Assembly (NCBI GenBank): GCA_976226885.1 | Contig: OZ320319.1 | Location: forward strand, 39,308,001 to 39,372,000 | Length of the DNA stretch: 64,000 nt | Source of the DNA: Iphione sp. A-MEVVRFRX5 | Taxonomy: Eukaryota | Reading direction: 5' to 3' | Shown: positions 1 to 12,588 of the stretch, in pieces | How positions within the stretch are numbered: position 1 is the first letter of the stretch | Layout: every line of letters starts with the position of its first letter | Translations under genes and position numbers: made by a program | Notes under the pieces: generated by a model | What the model was told of the DNA's origin: nothing | Database searches by the model: none | Seen by the model: only the letters and a program-made list of their open reading frames with translations

Positions 1-366
1 TGTCTTCGTCAAAGTGTGAAGAGGTGGCGGAATGCGCCGGGGGCTGAGCTGCTCCCCTTTTTAAAGGGCTCAGCGCGTCACTGCTCGCGTCAGGCCTTGG
101 CGTTGGGCCAACGCGGGAAGTTGTCGGGTGAGATTGGAGCCCTCTTTGTTTGCAGATGCAACGACCAGTGTAATACCTTAACTTTACGCCACTGGCAAAA
201 ATTAGTGAACCGACGCCACAACCGATAAAACTTAGGCAGTAAAAGCGAGCCGCCGCAAGAACGACAAGAAGGACCGCACATGTTAATTACTGGTGGGCGA
301 CGGATGCAGGTGTGCGGACAGTTCAAAGCGAATGTCAAACCTGAACGAGAGACGCAACGAATCAGT

Positions 367-812
367 GCAGGGCTAATGGTGGCGCCCGCCGACAAAGGTA
401 GTCGGTATCAACCTCACAAAATTTCCAATTAAAGTCGTGCTAAATAAGAACCGTGGGAACAACGGCGGTGTGGAAGGCTGTTGATAAAGGCAAGGGGTCA
501 CCACGCCGGCACCACCAAAGTTACGCCAGGGGACAGGAGCACAGAGCGATGGTCTGTTCAATCACTCAATCGATGGCCTATCTAGACGCCATTTAGTCCG
601 TCATCGCAGGTCTATTGGTGGCGCCCGCCGACAAAGCAAGTCGGTATCAGCCTCACAAAGTTCAAATTAAAGTCGTACTCAATAAGAACCCGTGGAACAA
701 ACGAGGTGTGGATGGTTGTAGATAAAGCAAGCGGTCAGCAGGGCGGCATGTAGCACCAAATTTACGGCAGGGGACAGCCGGTTCCATCGATGGCCTCTCG
801 AGACGCCATTTC
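367..812. repeat. Tandem duplication, two diverged copies of a ~239-bp unit
   Basis: TGGTGGCGCCCGCCGACAAAG occurs at 377 and 616. Similarity continues through AATTAAAGTCGT, AATAAGAACC, CAGGGGACAG and TCGATGGCC...AGACGCCATTT. Copy 2 has a ~20-nt deletion. Confidence 0.85.
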
Positions 813-1369
813 GACGTACAAAGTGGTTCAACCTGGCACCGACTAGTCACCACAACACCATGTGGCCGTGCTCACAGATAGTGAAACACTGGTGCAAGGC
901 GTTCATGATCTACGTGCGGCAGGTACTGTGGCCACCGGAGATGTGTGGGAAAACTAGTGGGCATGGCATGTGGGGACCTGTTCTTTATGGCCGAGAGCTA
1001 CAGATCGATTTAAAAGATACGGAAGAATTGCCTTCACAGGCATATCTTCTGTCCACACATTCAAATGCGAAAGGCAGCTGGGATGCCAAGGCTCAGTAGT
1101 TTGTTGCAAAAATGGTCCTCCAAACGAAACCTAGTGTAATAACTTTTATCAAGAAATATATATACTCTAAAGGGGCCATTAAATAAGCGTTTTAAACAAG
1201 AACTCCTGAAAAGACTACTAAAACAGAATTTGACAGTCCATTAGTTCATAATTATGCATGGTACTTAGTATGGAATTGACCGGGCACCTGCCCCCCGACC
1301 ATGTTCAATCATCATCAGCATCATCATCAACCATCTGTATTATTCTCAATATTATCGTGACTGTAAATA

Positions 1370-1515
1370 ACTAGTCGTAAGTACTCTGTAGATATATTGT
1401 ACATACTGTAGATATTGAATGTACATAGAAGTCATCGACCGGTCACGACAACGTTGTAAATTGCTGGTACCAAATGGGAATGCCAGTTTAAATAAAGGTA
1501 AACAAAAATAAAAAG
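1370..1515 (+). mobile_element. Orphan 3' tail of a LINE/SINE (stem-loop + AATAAA + A-rich tail)
   Basis: TGTAAATA/TGTACATA-rich segment, then hairpin CTGGTAC...TGCCAG (1464-1486), AATAAA at 1491 and an A-rich tail. Resembles 59200-59346. Confidence 0.55.
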
Positions 1516-2008
1516 ATTGCGGTCATTAGGCAAAGAAAAGAAATGTGCTCATTATGGAAACTCTCAACGTCATATCCACCCAAAAAACCAGAAATCCAGC
1601 CATAGGAAACCCGACCCCAACCCAACATTCAATAATTTGTAGATCGCCTTAAAAATGTACATCGATTTCAACTATGAAATAAGTCGCCCACCAACGAGAT
1701 GGGGATGGCAGCAGGGAGAGAGCGAGAGAAAAAGTGCAGCCGATGTAGTGAATGAGGGAGGGAGGAAAGGAGGGAGGAGGAGTCTATCAATATTAGGAAG
1801 CCCTCACACGCCCTGGCCACACATTATACGGATACACCGGGACACGCGCGCTTCAAAAGCCTATTAATTAAATAGCCCGTGAAGCGCATCATTGCCAGGC
1901 ACGGTACCATATGCCTACAAATTGTTAATTACTTCGCGCCCGGAAGTGCAGCGATAACACCAGTGCGGGGGGGCATGGTCTCCATCATGGCGATTATGGC
2001 GACTCCCC

Positions 2009-2092
2009 AGGTGCGCGTGTCCTCGGCCCGCCGTCTGGACTACACTCCTCGGGTGCACGTGTCCTAGGCCCGTCGTCGGAACTATACCGCCG
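2009..2092. repeat. ~42-bp tandem duplication
   Basis: GGTGCGCGTGTCCTCGGCCCGCCGTCTGGACTACAC is followed by GGTGCACGTGTCCTAGGCCCGTCGTCGGAACTATAC. Confidence 0.75.
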
Positions 2093-2664
2093 GTTTTTTT
2101 TTTATGGCAGACGTAACGTCATGACCTCATGGAAACTGTGGCTATCTTCGCTTGACAATCGACAGATACCCCGGTCCCATTTCCCAATGTATCAACGAGT
2201 TTGTAGTAGTGTCACTGACCTTTTGATATATGGCACTTGCTTCCCCCCCCCCCCCCTTCCCCCGGTCGCGATGGCGCCTAAAGCGGTGCGCGTCTACTTT
2301 ACATTCTCCGCTGATGCCTCCGTCCCCTCGCGCAGTTTACCTATCTGAACACATCTAATATAATATCCTCCATAACTATTAAACTTGGCGACACGTCCTG
2401 AAATAGGTACATAAATAGGTATTTAAGTATTGCAGATGTACAAAATTAAACCACAGGGTGCGGACATACCTTAAACACCATTTCGGTGGGCCAGGACGTA
2501 CTGACGGCTTTTAAGAGCAGACCACGTGGCGTGACGGGTAAGGCCGTAGTGTGACGATAATAATCGGTGGCAAATTATATCTCATACTCCGACCTTTTCT
2601 CGTGATCTTTTCCCTTCACAATCTCTACGCGTTGTTGTTTTGTTCCGTCTGTTGTCACCTCCAG

Positions 2665-2770
2665 ACATAACTATCGGTCTGTCGTACACTCACTTGAAGC
2701 GAGAGTCGCAAGGCATAGCAAGGAGAAGATGGTGGAAGTTGAAGGACAAGTGAAACAGAGGGCGCAAGAC
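2665..2770 (+). CDS. Candidate internal coding exon (HNYRSVVHSLEARVARHSKEKMVEVEGQVKQRAQD), possibly helical/coiled-coil; parent gene unknown
   Basis: Long polypyrimidine tract ending CTCCAG at 2664, open frame of 1+35 codons, donor GAC|GTACGT at 2771. Confidence 0.4.
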
Positions 2771-3444
2771 GTACGTCATGTTATATCTTTACCAATAGAC
2801 GGCGCCACCGACGATACAAAAGACCTTGAGCGTCCATTCTTTTCCTCCTCACACCAATCCGTCTCGTGGCCCAAGGCAAAGAAAAGTTGTCAGTGATGCA
2901 TGTCATGGAAGTGAGACTCCTCCAAATCGAGTAGCCAAAGGAGGTCTTGCGTGTGAAGACCGAGTAAAATTCCACAAATGAAGCGAAGAAAAACAAGATG
3001 GCAAATGACGTATTTCCAGTCACCTCATTTCCACCAGGCGGCGCAACGGGAACCAATGGGAGACCTTGAGCGTCCCGTGTTTCGCCCTTCACACACATTC
3101 TGCGTATCTTACTTTTGTGGTTCCCACACAAAGTCCAAAACGTTATCTCGTCATAGATAAAATTAAAAAAAAAAATAGAAGTCTAGGAAACAAAAGCATT
3201 TTTGAATGTGACTGCGGAGATCATGATACACACCATGCTCAAAGGGCTGATGCAACGTCAAGTCCCTCCTGTACACTCTCAATGAAGGAGTGGGATGCAT
3301 TTCACCAGTGGCTGAAATGCCTGCCTCTCCAGAGAGATACCCGAGGGCCTTGGCCTATTGTGGCGCAAAACAATCTGCATGATGCTGTGTTTTTTCAGCA
3401 TGACGCAGTGTCCTGACATCATGGGAAGTCTCACTTAGCACATG

Positions 3445-3500
3445 CTGGGAACCGCCAGGTACCCGGGTTCGATTCCCGACGTGTGCAAACGACTTGCTAC
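3445..3500 (+). mobile_element. tRNA-derived SINE-like fragment (B box)
   Basis: CCCGGGTTCGATTCCCG matches the Pol III B box/T-arm. No cloverleaf can be folded. Confidence 0.45.
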
Positions 3501-3785
3501 TTGATGTCAGTGACCCCTATTATTTAATTATTTTTTTGGTATATTATCCGTTGCGTCACTTGCATGGACAAAGTAAATGAGTGCCGTTTCTCTGTATGAC
3601 CGAATCAGGTTACGATATAGTACAAGACTGTTGCGGGATATCTGCGCGTGATATGATTCGTTGAAACTGTGATAAAATTTAAATCGGTATAGGGATAGGA
3701 TACAATACACAAATCACTGGAGTGGATGTTGGAAAGAACAGTGTACCAACCAATGTCCATCCACATCCATTCCAAGATGCGCATA

Positions 3786-3872
3786 CGACCTCCGTGGCTC
3801 AGAGCGCAGGGCGCTCCACCCACCTTGTCTCGTGGGTCGTGGCACGGGTTCGAATCCCGGGCCCGGCCCACG
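3786..3872 (+). mobile_element. tRNA-derived SINE head or tRNA pseudogene
   Basis: A box TGGCTCAG, D-arm-like GCTC...GGGC, B box GGGTTCGAATCCC. The acceptor stem does not pair, so this is not an intact tRNA. Confidence 0.5.
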
Positions 3873-4299
3873 GGCGAGGAAAAAGGCTAGAAAATTAATC
3901 ATGGACATAATACATGCATGACAATACAAAACATGGACTGACAGGGGCTCTTCAGCCCCCAGTGGCGTACCAGGGCACATGATCAGGGTGTAGTCACGGA
4001 GGCCGGTGCTTGTTTTTTCCGTTTCACCATATACTAAATTTACATGGAAAGCCAGCAAACCGGTGACCAGAGAGAGGACAGTGGTGTGGAGAAAATGGAG
4101 CAGAGAGCGAGGGAACATAGACGCGCCTACAGTGGGGTACCCGAGCCAGGCGGGGTCTCACAGAGGTGCCAGGTCACTGGCACGGGGGGTGCCATAAAAC
4201 ATGGGGGAAGCTGTGCTGGATAGCCAAATTACCCCTATCCAGGAAGCGGCTTTATGCGGCTTTATGCTGTGCTGTGTACATGGAAAAGCAGCCTATGGA

Positions 4300-5470
4300 A
4301 ACAAACTATTATCAAGATTTGTAATACCACGGTGTGCTTAGCTCTGGTTCGATGTTCCTTGGAATTATTGCATGTCCTGTGAAGTTTCTGCAAGTTACAT
4401 GTGTAATTATCGAGCTTTTTAATAAGGCGCTATATTACCTATTTAGAAGATATTTGTTTTACGTTGTGTCTAAAAGACAACAAATATAAGGTCTTGTGCA
4501 GGTAGTCATATCTTCCGGGCAATCCTCAAATTAAAACAACACCCATTACAGATAGGAAACAGCTAGCACAAAGCCTTATCAATCTGTATTTAAATACTGC
4601 TGTTAGTCCAGACAATCCTCAGTATCCACTATTTGGCACAGACCGACGCTTTCCAGATTTAGAGGGATTCTACTTGTATTGTATACAGTGAACTTCCAAA
4701 AAAATACATACCCTTCGTTCTCATAAAATAATCCACGATAGGAATTAATTTGACTTTTAGGTCCCTTTTCCTGTTATCCGGGGGGCTTTCCATGTACACA
4801 TAGTTTTGTTGGCAGATACATAGTCATAACATCTTTTAATATGCTTTTGGACCAATCTGCATGATGGGCTTTCCATGTGCATGTACTCAACACAATAAAC
4901 GGAGCCACACTTGGGGCCGCTTTGATGACTGAAATTAATCAGTCACATATCCTGCACATGCATTTGTATGCAGGAAAATCAGTTGACAATGGATTTTTCA
5001 TCCCACTTCTGCATCAGTAAGCAGAATGTCAAGACATATGCATAGTACATAGAAGATTCCCTATATCGAGTTTTCCCCACATGTCCCAGCTGTGTATCTG
5101 ACAGTGAAAATGCATGCATGTGTACATGTACATAGAAAGCCCTCCAAAAATCCACTTTTCCAAACAAAATACAGTATGTGTCCTTGTATATTCCAGCTCT
5201 TCACCCTTTGTGGTCTGCCCAAGGCGAGAGAGTACACTGTATACACGTATCCATAAAAGTTGGTCAGTCCTGTGCATGTTGTAAATATAGGCATCCTAGG
5301 CAAATGTAGCCAAGCCTATTATCTTCTGACATGATCTTATTCGAAGCATATTTATGGCATGTTATGGTCATTAGTGTGCCAGCTGCGGACATGGCCCTCC
5401 GGTAAAATGCACAATAAAAAGCATGGTAACGAGTTTGAAAAATGACTATCCATTTTAAGCTTTGACCACA
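4300..5470. mobile_element. Probable non-autonomous DNA-transposon fragment with subterminal repeats
   Basis: GGGCTTTCCATGT occurs directly at ~4783 and ~4867, and inverted (TGTACATAGAAAGCCC) at ~5127. AT-rich and non-coding; termini not identified. Confidence 0.25.
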
Positions 5471-7664
5471 CCGTGCGTTAAATATGGGTTAGTCGGCCTC
5501 CCGCTTGTCTTGGCTCATGTATTAGTGGCCATGGTGACCGCCTAATGAGCTGTTCGTGGCTAAAACGTAGGTTAGGGCAGGGCTGTTAACCGAGCTTTCA
5601 ACTTGAGTCATTCGCCAACACAGTGGCAGGAACTATTTGCCAATTAACCAGTAAATATCAGTATAATCCTCTAAAAGACGTTCTCTTCTCTTCGCATGTT
5701 TTATATACATGTAAACTTGCATGTTCTCGAATCTGTCATACCTTGCTGAGCAGACTATAAGGTGTGACCTCAGTCGTCCGGAGCATATAATGAGACATTT
5801 TCAAAGACCAGTACAGCAATATTCACGTTGATATGCTATCTGAGTTGATGCTTTATACCTGTCTTGCATTGGGTGCTTTTGTTTAAGTTCGCTTTTATGT
5901 ACATGAAATTTCTTTAACATAACAAAAAAGCACTTCCAACATACGTCATACGGATAATTGGGTTAAAGTAAAAACTACACACAGTGCTGTGTAATTGACA
6001 CATTTATGACAGTAATGCTCAATTTACAGAAACGGCCCCGTTTAGAGTTTGTTGGGTTACTTTGTTAAATTCCTTTCAGGACATGGTCCATAGTTGATTT
6101 CCTTCTCAGGTAATGGACCATCAAAATGCATTTGTCTTCTTATTAGGGCCCCCATTACTGTTGCAACTGCTCAGACACATACACACACACAGACGCACTC
6201 GCCAATGCAGGCCTCTGAGTCACTGCGGTTTACGCAGTGTGACGTGATGCGTGATATGTATGACGTCATTTATGAACAATTACAAATGATGGGGGGATTA
6301 CCAATGTGGTTACGGTTTCAATCGAATGGCTTTTGACAGGGTTGAGGCAGTCATTTTGTAACGCCAGCAGAATCATTCTCGATGAATGCTTCACATCATT
6401 AACGCTGATCCGTCAGTAAGTCCACTGCACGCCAGTGGAGAAGAATTCGATCAGAAATCATCTAACGAATCGCCAACGTAATTCAATGGGTCAGGTGAAG
6501 CCGAGGAATACTTTGGCTATTGCTCTAAACTGTAAAATTATTTTCCATCCAATTTAATTTAGGTAACATTGAACAGTATATATATAAGACACAATCGCCG
6601 GGAAGTATTTGTTAATTGATGCCTTTGTATCTGGAATAATATTTCGTTTCAGATCATTTATTTTTTAAGAGGAGCGTAATTAAAAGTAGCCGAACAATGA
6701 AAACAGATTCCCTTGTTTAGAAATGTCACTATAGCTGTCGAATATACATATTGCTTATACATGTGTGTCAAAGTACGGGACTGTTTATGGTTAAATTGGA
6801 AATTCCACAAGAATTTCTAGTCAGAAAAGATTAGAGAAATTCACCCATATCATATTGAGCGGCCTTATGATTTTGTGGACGGCAACTCATGGTCGATGTT
6901 GTCATTTCCCATCGGCACTGCGGTGTCCAACATTGATTGAGCATGATTTGTATCATGAGAAACGTTCAGGTGTGACTAAAAAAATAAATATTATTTGTCA
7001 ATTTTTAAGGCGTTGCATGGCCTGGCTTTTTGGTGACCCGCGTCCTGTGGGAATTACCCGATGGAAATTGATGCATGGAATAATCAACGAAATGTTTTCC
7101 TGGGTTTTATGAAATGGATCGGCAGTTCTATGCGCCAGTGGACAGCACACGATGATATACTTAGTCATTAATCGCTACCTATTGCTTTTGTGATAATTTA
7201 AATTTAAGTTTCGGTTACCACTCGCCGATTCTTCACAATGAAGCGCCCGCCTCTCTTCACAAACCATTATAGTTTTGATGGACAGCGTGAAGAATACGAG
7301 GCGCTTCAGTCTCTAATTGTTTTGACCACTGGCGCGGCAAAACGATCAGAAGCAGAAGAGATTTCAATGGGAACAAACATATCTTAGTCGCCTCTCTCGC
7401 CCGCACCGTAATTGCAAATAATTGATTTCTGTGGAATCCCATAATAACTGCGCATGCCCAAAAGGAAATCTGGCAGACGACATTTAGAGAATCTTCCCAG
7501 CAGTTTTCCTAGGCGTAATTGAATAAAATGTCGTCTGCGGCGAGCTCGTCGTGAGAATTGACTGATTTTCGTCTCGCTGCGATGGGCAGCGTCCCTCTCG
7601 CCTTTTATGCTTGGCTCCTTGTCGTGAATTGCTTTTGTGCGCGTCTTCGGTTCTACGGAGACGC

Positions 7665-7792
7665 TCAGAATGATTCTCTGTCATGACGATTGACATAGTG
7701 ATGTGCGCTTCCTGTCTTCATCTGGCGCGCCTTCTTCAATGGCAGAGGGAGCGGGTCATCCAGAGTGAAATATCCATTAGGGCATACTTTGT
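7665..7792 (-). CDS. Candidate terminal coding exon (DKVCPNGYFTLDDPLPLPLKKARQMKTGSAHHYVNRHDRESF*)
   Basis: Minus-strand acceptor GGTTTTTTCAG at 7793, phase 1, 41 full codons then TGA, protein-like composition. Family not recognised. Confidence 0.4.
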
Positions 7793-10700
7793 CTGAAAAA
7801 ACCTGGATACTTAGTCTAGTCCGATTACACACTGTTATTCGAAAACGTATCCGCCTCCTACACTCAAATCTATCATTTATGCCCACTGTGAAGAAAACGA
7901 CCTTCACTCTTCATAAAACATGGCACTCTTTAAGTAGAGCCAAGGCTATTCTTGCCACAGAACATAGAATACATTCTACTTATACAAACCCTTCTGGTCT
8001 TGATTCAGAGAAGCAATTTGCTGTTTTACTTTCTAACACCTTTTTGACTTTCCATGCATATGTGTAGTGTGTAGCATGTTTTAATGCTGTGAAATGCCAT
8101 GAAAAGGTGATGCTGTGTTTACCATGGAAAATGATCGAATAGCAATGGAATCAGCAAGGACCCTTGTATCACCCTTGTACATTAGCATAGCTCCCAATCC
8201 ACACATGCATACAAGGCCATGAAGACACAAGGGAAAGACACATGTTGCATTAAACAAACATACTAGGCAAGTTACATGGTACATGCCATATGTACCCATG
8301 GAGACATCCCTCTTGATTACCATGGTTCAAAAAAAGTATGCCGCCAGAACCCTGAAAACACACACTCATGGATACCTAAAGCAATTAATGGATTGCCTTG
8401 AAAATTAGCATAGCATGTCATTATCGACATAAAATTTGTCCTGAATTTTAATTTTGTGCCTCTAGTAGATTATATTACAATATTCACAAAAATATGGTCA
8501 TCACCTTAGAACTATGTTCCGTATTCAGATCCAAGCCAGGAATTGGTTTCTTGTGCCTTATCCCCCTCCAAAGAATTTCAATTTAAAGTTTTCCCTTGGC
8601 GGTTAAGCATCGTGTATGGCTAGTGTGCCTGAACTTTCTTTCTAATGCATTCAACCAACCATGAAGCAACACTGCCCTTTTCCACGGTTATCGTGCACGC
8701 TTGAAGTGTTGGCCTCCCACCGTCTAGGGGACACTAAAACCTCCGTTATCTGTCTAATGCACAAAACCTCCATGACACTGATTAGCCCGTCGACGTGGGA
8801 GCTGCGACATCTGACTGCGTTAATTAACAAGATTTATAATTGGATCTGCCCTGACCTCCGGGGTCGGCGCCCAGCACGCTGTTGTTGTCGGCTTGAGAGG
8901 ACATTGCCCACTTTTGACCCGCGCCAGCCGTCATGACCAGGCGAAAGCCTGGGGGCATGGACGATACCGTACACCCTCTACTTGGCAAACAATACCCCAA
9001 GTAGAAAAAAAAAGATCGACATGTGGCTGAGAGAGAAAGCTGCTTTCAATACGTTGAACAAAAACCGAAGACAATACCCTCGTTAGAAGATTCACAAGTG
9101 TAGTCAAATAGAAATGTAGTTCACATTAGGTGGGCCGGATCCGCTAATGAAGGCGTGCGGCTTTGTTACATTGTGGACATGGAAAAAGAGTCTCCTGTGT
9201 CAGTGACAATGTACATTTATATAATGGGTACATGTGAGAGAAACATATCGTATTCATGTAATAGCCTAGATGGGACCTGGATAAAGTAATGTACACGTAT
9301 AAAAACGTCGTGGATAACCGAATAATGAGCGTGAATGTGAATGTCAGTGTATGCATTTGTACTTGTATATATGTATAGATAATTATGTGTGTGTTTGATG
9401 AGGTAGCCCCTTATAAATTGGGTACGTATGTCCGTGTTGGAATGTTTGTGTGAGTGTGTCAGTAACGCTTAAAGGGGAAAGCAACGCCTGGCCTCATCAG
9501 TGTTCGTTTGTATCTTCAATGGAAATGCTTGTACATAGTCCCTGTACCATATAGCTTACCATAGTTTCCCGTGGAATTTGTCATCTTGAACACCAAACAT
9601 TTAAATGTCTGAGTTTGGACACTCTGTCTCTACTGCACTAGTGTGATGTTTTAATGGATTCACAAAGAATTTCATGTGGATAAATTGCTCATGCCCCTGC
9701 AGCTATGGGTGTCCTGTCTCCTCCAAGGGTAAAAATGCCCCCCTCCCCCAGGTCCGTGGTCCTTTCATATGAAAACCATCTTCAGCCGTGCCAATACCAC
9801 TTTTTTTAAAGAATTGTACAGAAGAATATGAGAGCATTCAAATCTTCAATCAGACTTCCCATCGTGTTTTGCATATCGAATCGCTCATTTCTTACCGGCA
9901 CATATTGTAGCGATATTAATCAAAGTACCACTTGGAAAATAATTCTTATGGACACATGTCACCCAACACGTTTCATCTCCAGGTTCCGTATCCGTGGTTT
10001 TGTTAAGGTGCAGTTTTTTTTCAATTTTCAAGTTGAAGTTTGCCTCCTATGAACTGTCATCAGGTACATGTCGTCCGACACCTCGCTCCAAAGTTAACTG
10101 GAGGGAATACGACCCTAGCTCAACTCCGCGGTGGGGAAATGGCCTGTCGCGCCATCTGGTGATGTCGGCAGCGATACGACTTCAGGCGGCGACGGGCGTC
10201 GGGGACAAGACTCCTCTCAGGGGTCAATCAAAGTCAGATTTGTTTTTGTTGCTGGAAACCCTGATAAAAATAATTAGGTTAGCCAGGACAACAAACGCAC
10301 GTGCCGGAGTCAATAAGGTCGCCGGCTCGGTCTGTTCGCCTGGCCGTTCTCTTCTGCGTGTAATTATTATAATGTCTCTCATTGTAAATGCCCCTTTAGG
10401 TTGTTTCGTGGTGATGACGACTTAATACAGTTGTCGTAGGTTGCAACTAGAATAGTTTTCACTCGTCTTAGATCACTGCTGCATGTTCTTCTGTTTTATT
10501 GCTCAGTTTATTCAAATCCTGGAGATGGATTCATCACAGAATTCTAGTCATGCGCAAGAACTGTTATCTACTGAACCTGAATGAGGTTAATAGACCTTTC
10601 ATGCTACAGATAGGCGCTAGGCTGCTGGATGCCGCGGAACTAATTTCAGACATTAGTTTATGCGGCACAAAATGATTAAGAACTAAAAGCACTGGATGAA

Positions 10701-12419
10701 AAAAAGAAATCCTGTGTAAATTCTCATACACTGTACACTGTATATCGATCCTGCCATGGAAAACGATGCCTCTACACTATCGAGTCGGTCACAAATATGT
10801 ATCCTGTCTGGGACGTTTTTACGGAGGATATTAAGTATAATGTGGTAATTATCTAGTAAACCTGGACACTAAGAATCGGTATTGACCCACAAACGTGTCC
10901 TCGGTCTCGCTGAAAGAGAAACGTTAGAAGCACATTAACCGTGAATGTAAAGAATGTTTTATGTCGGCACATTTCGTGTGATGCATTCCAGTTGTCAGAG
11001 GATCAATGCATGTTTCTTCCGCTTGGGAGTCAATAGCCACAGGCATTATACCCTGGATCCTTCACTCACTGGAGGCCGCCCCTCCCCATGACAGCAGGCG
11101 TGGCGCTCCCCCATTTTCACACATTTCGCCATCGTTTGTCGGACACTACCGGTCGGTCTCGCAGACAACATGGCCCGTGGCCAAACCAATTTTGCGGTCT
11201 CTAAACTGTCGCCAAAATAAACCCAGGAGGCAACGTACCCTACCAGGAGAGTGGGCCTCACCAGACACCAGTATTGAATGCAATGGTTATACCAGCTCGG
11301 AGCGAGGTTTTGTTCGCACCTGATATATGTATAAAGACAGACACCACGAAAAATGACTCCGAGTGCATGGACACTCATCGTGTACTAGCAGTGCCACTAG
11401 TTTGTATATCTTTTTCAGTGGGGAAAGTTGTTTGTGAAAGTGGGTGTGGCCTGAGTACATTTGATTGATGGATATTGGACCATTTCCAAACACCGTCGAC
11501 TACATTGGTTGATTTGGGCAGAACTCCGTCAGGTCCTTTCCAACGCTGAGTCTGGTTGCAGCCACCGACACGAGAGAGTTATTTTCTTGGTATCAAGTGT
11601 CGGCCGGTAGTGAGGTTTCTTGCTTATTCTGTTCAATATCTGGTGGTCGTCCTCTATAGGGACCTGTCGACGTTCAGCTTACATCATGTGGGTCTTAGAT
11701 GGTCAATTGTGCGCCGCATTACTTTATTTTCTTGATGACATTCATTTCTTAATATGAGAACTAAATTACTTACCTCCTCCATCCAGTATGCAGACACAGT
11801 TCCCTGTTGTACAGATAGCAATATGGCTCCCCGCAGGAACAACGTTTTTGCCAGTCACTGGGTTTTATATAAGGTCTTTGTAAATACGGACAACCGCGTC
11901 TGAAGGCCTGGAAGAAGAAACGTTTTATGGAAATTTAAGCACATGTATCTTTGTAGTTGCCATGGAGGCTTTCCTTTAGGCTTCAGCAGTGAGTCACTGA
12001 ACCAACAGTGCTGAACCACATACAGTGGCCTCACAAATCAAGTCTTGTGGATCCAATCCACTCAGCCCAGTACAATTACAGCCAACTGTGCAATGCAAAG
12101 TATGGCTTTCTTCCGTTAATTTGTGAGCAGAAAGGATCGTTAGGGTAATTAAGGCAAAGCTCCCACCTAAAGGATTATACAGTTTTACCGACTGGCCGAC
12201 ATTCTGCTATAACGCTAAACGGCTGCAGTGAAAGAATAACAGCAAACCAGTAGCGTTTTTGGAAGTACGTGTATACGTAGTATTAGACAAATGACATAGT
12301 TGTGCATGGCATCGATTTAATAATGTTAATGAAGCTTATCCATTCCTATGTCATCTCCATTGAAAGATACGTTAACAATTGGCGTTGTATATACGAATAG
12401 AACAAATCATGCACAGGAG

Positions 12420-12479
12420 ATATGTATGTGATATGTGCTACTCAATAAACAGTTTTGAATTGAATTGAATTGAATTGAA
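12420..12479 (+). mobile_element. LINE/SINE 3' end with (TTGAA)n tail
   Basis: CTCAATAAAC followed by (TTGAA)x4-5. The same architecture occurs at 37930 and 39775. Confidence 0.55.
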
Positions 12480-12513
12480 GATATCGTCATGTAATATCCA
12501 GAAAGCTGTGTAC

Positions 12514-12588
12514 GTGCACATGTAAACATTCCTCCGTAAGGCAGTCTTTCCATGGGTATGTAGATTATGCCCAGTCCAAATTTCAGAT
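12514..12588 (-). CDS. Candidate symmetric internal exon (DLKFGLGIIYIPMERLPYGGMFTCA)
   Basis: Acceptor TACTTTTCAG, 75 nt, phase 1-1, weak donor GTACAC. Confidence 0.25.

Noticed and set aside
367-812. Hammerhead/retrozyme in the tandem unit
   Set aside because: No CUGANGA...GAAA core in the required arrangement on either strand. The repeat itself is kept as a finding.
3786-3872. Functional tRNA gene
   Set aside because: No acceptor-stem pairing and no canonical anticodon arm.
9469-9620. Kolobok/piggyBac-like TTAA|AGGGG terminus
   Set aside because: No matching opposite terminus or TSD could be paired within the window.
11980-12099. Apparent plus-strand exon with good splice sites
   Set aside because: On re-reading, all three frames from the acceptor contain stops.
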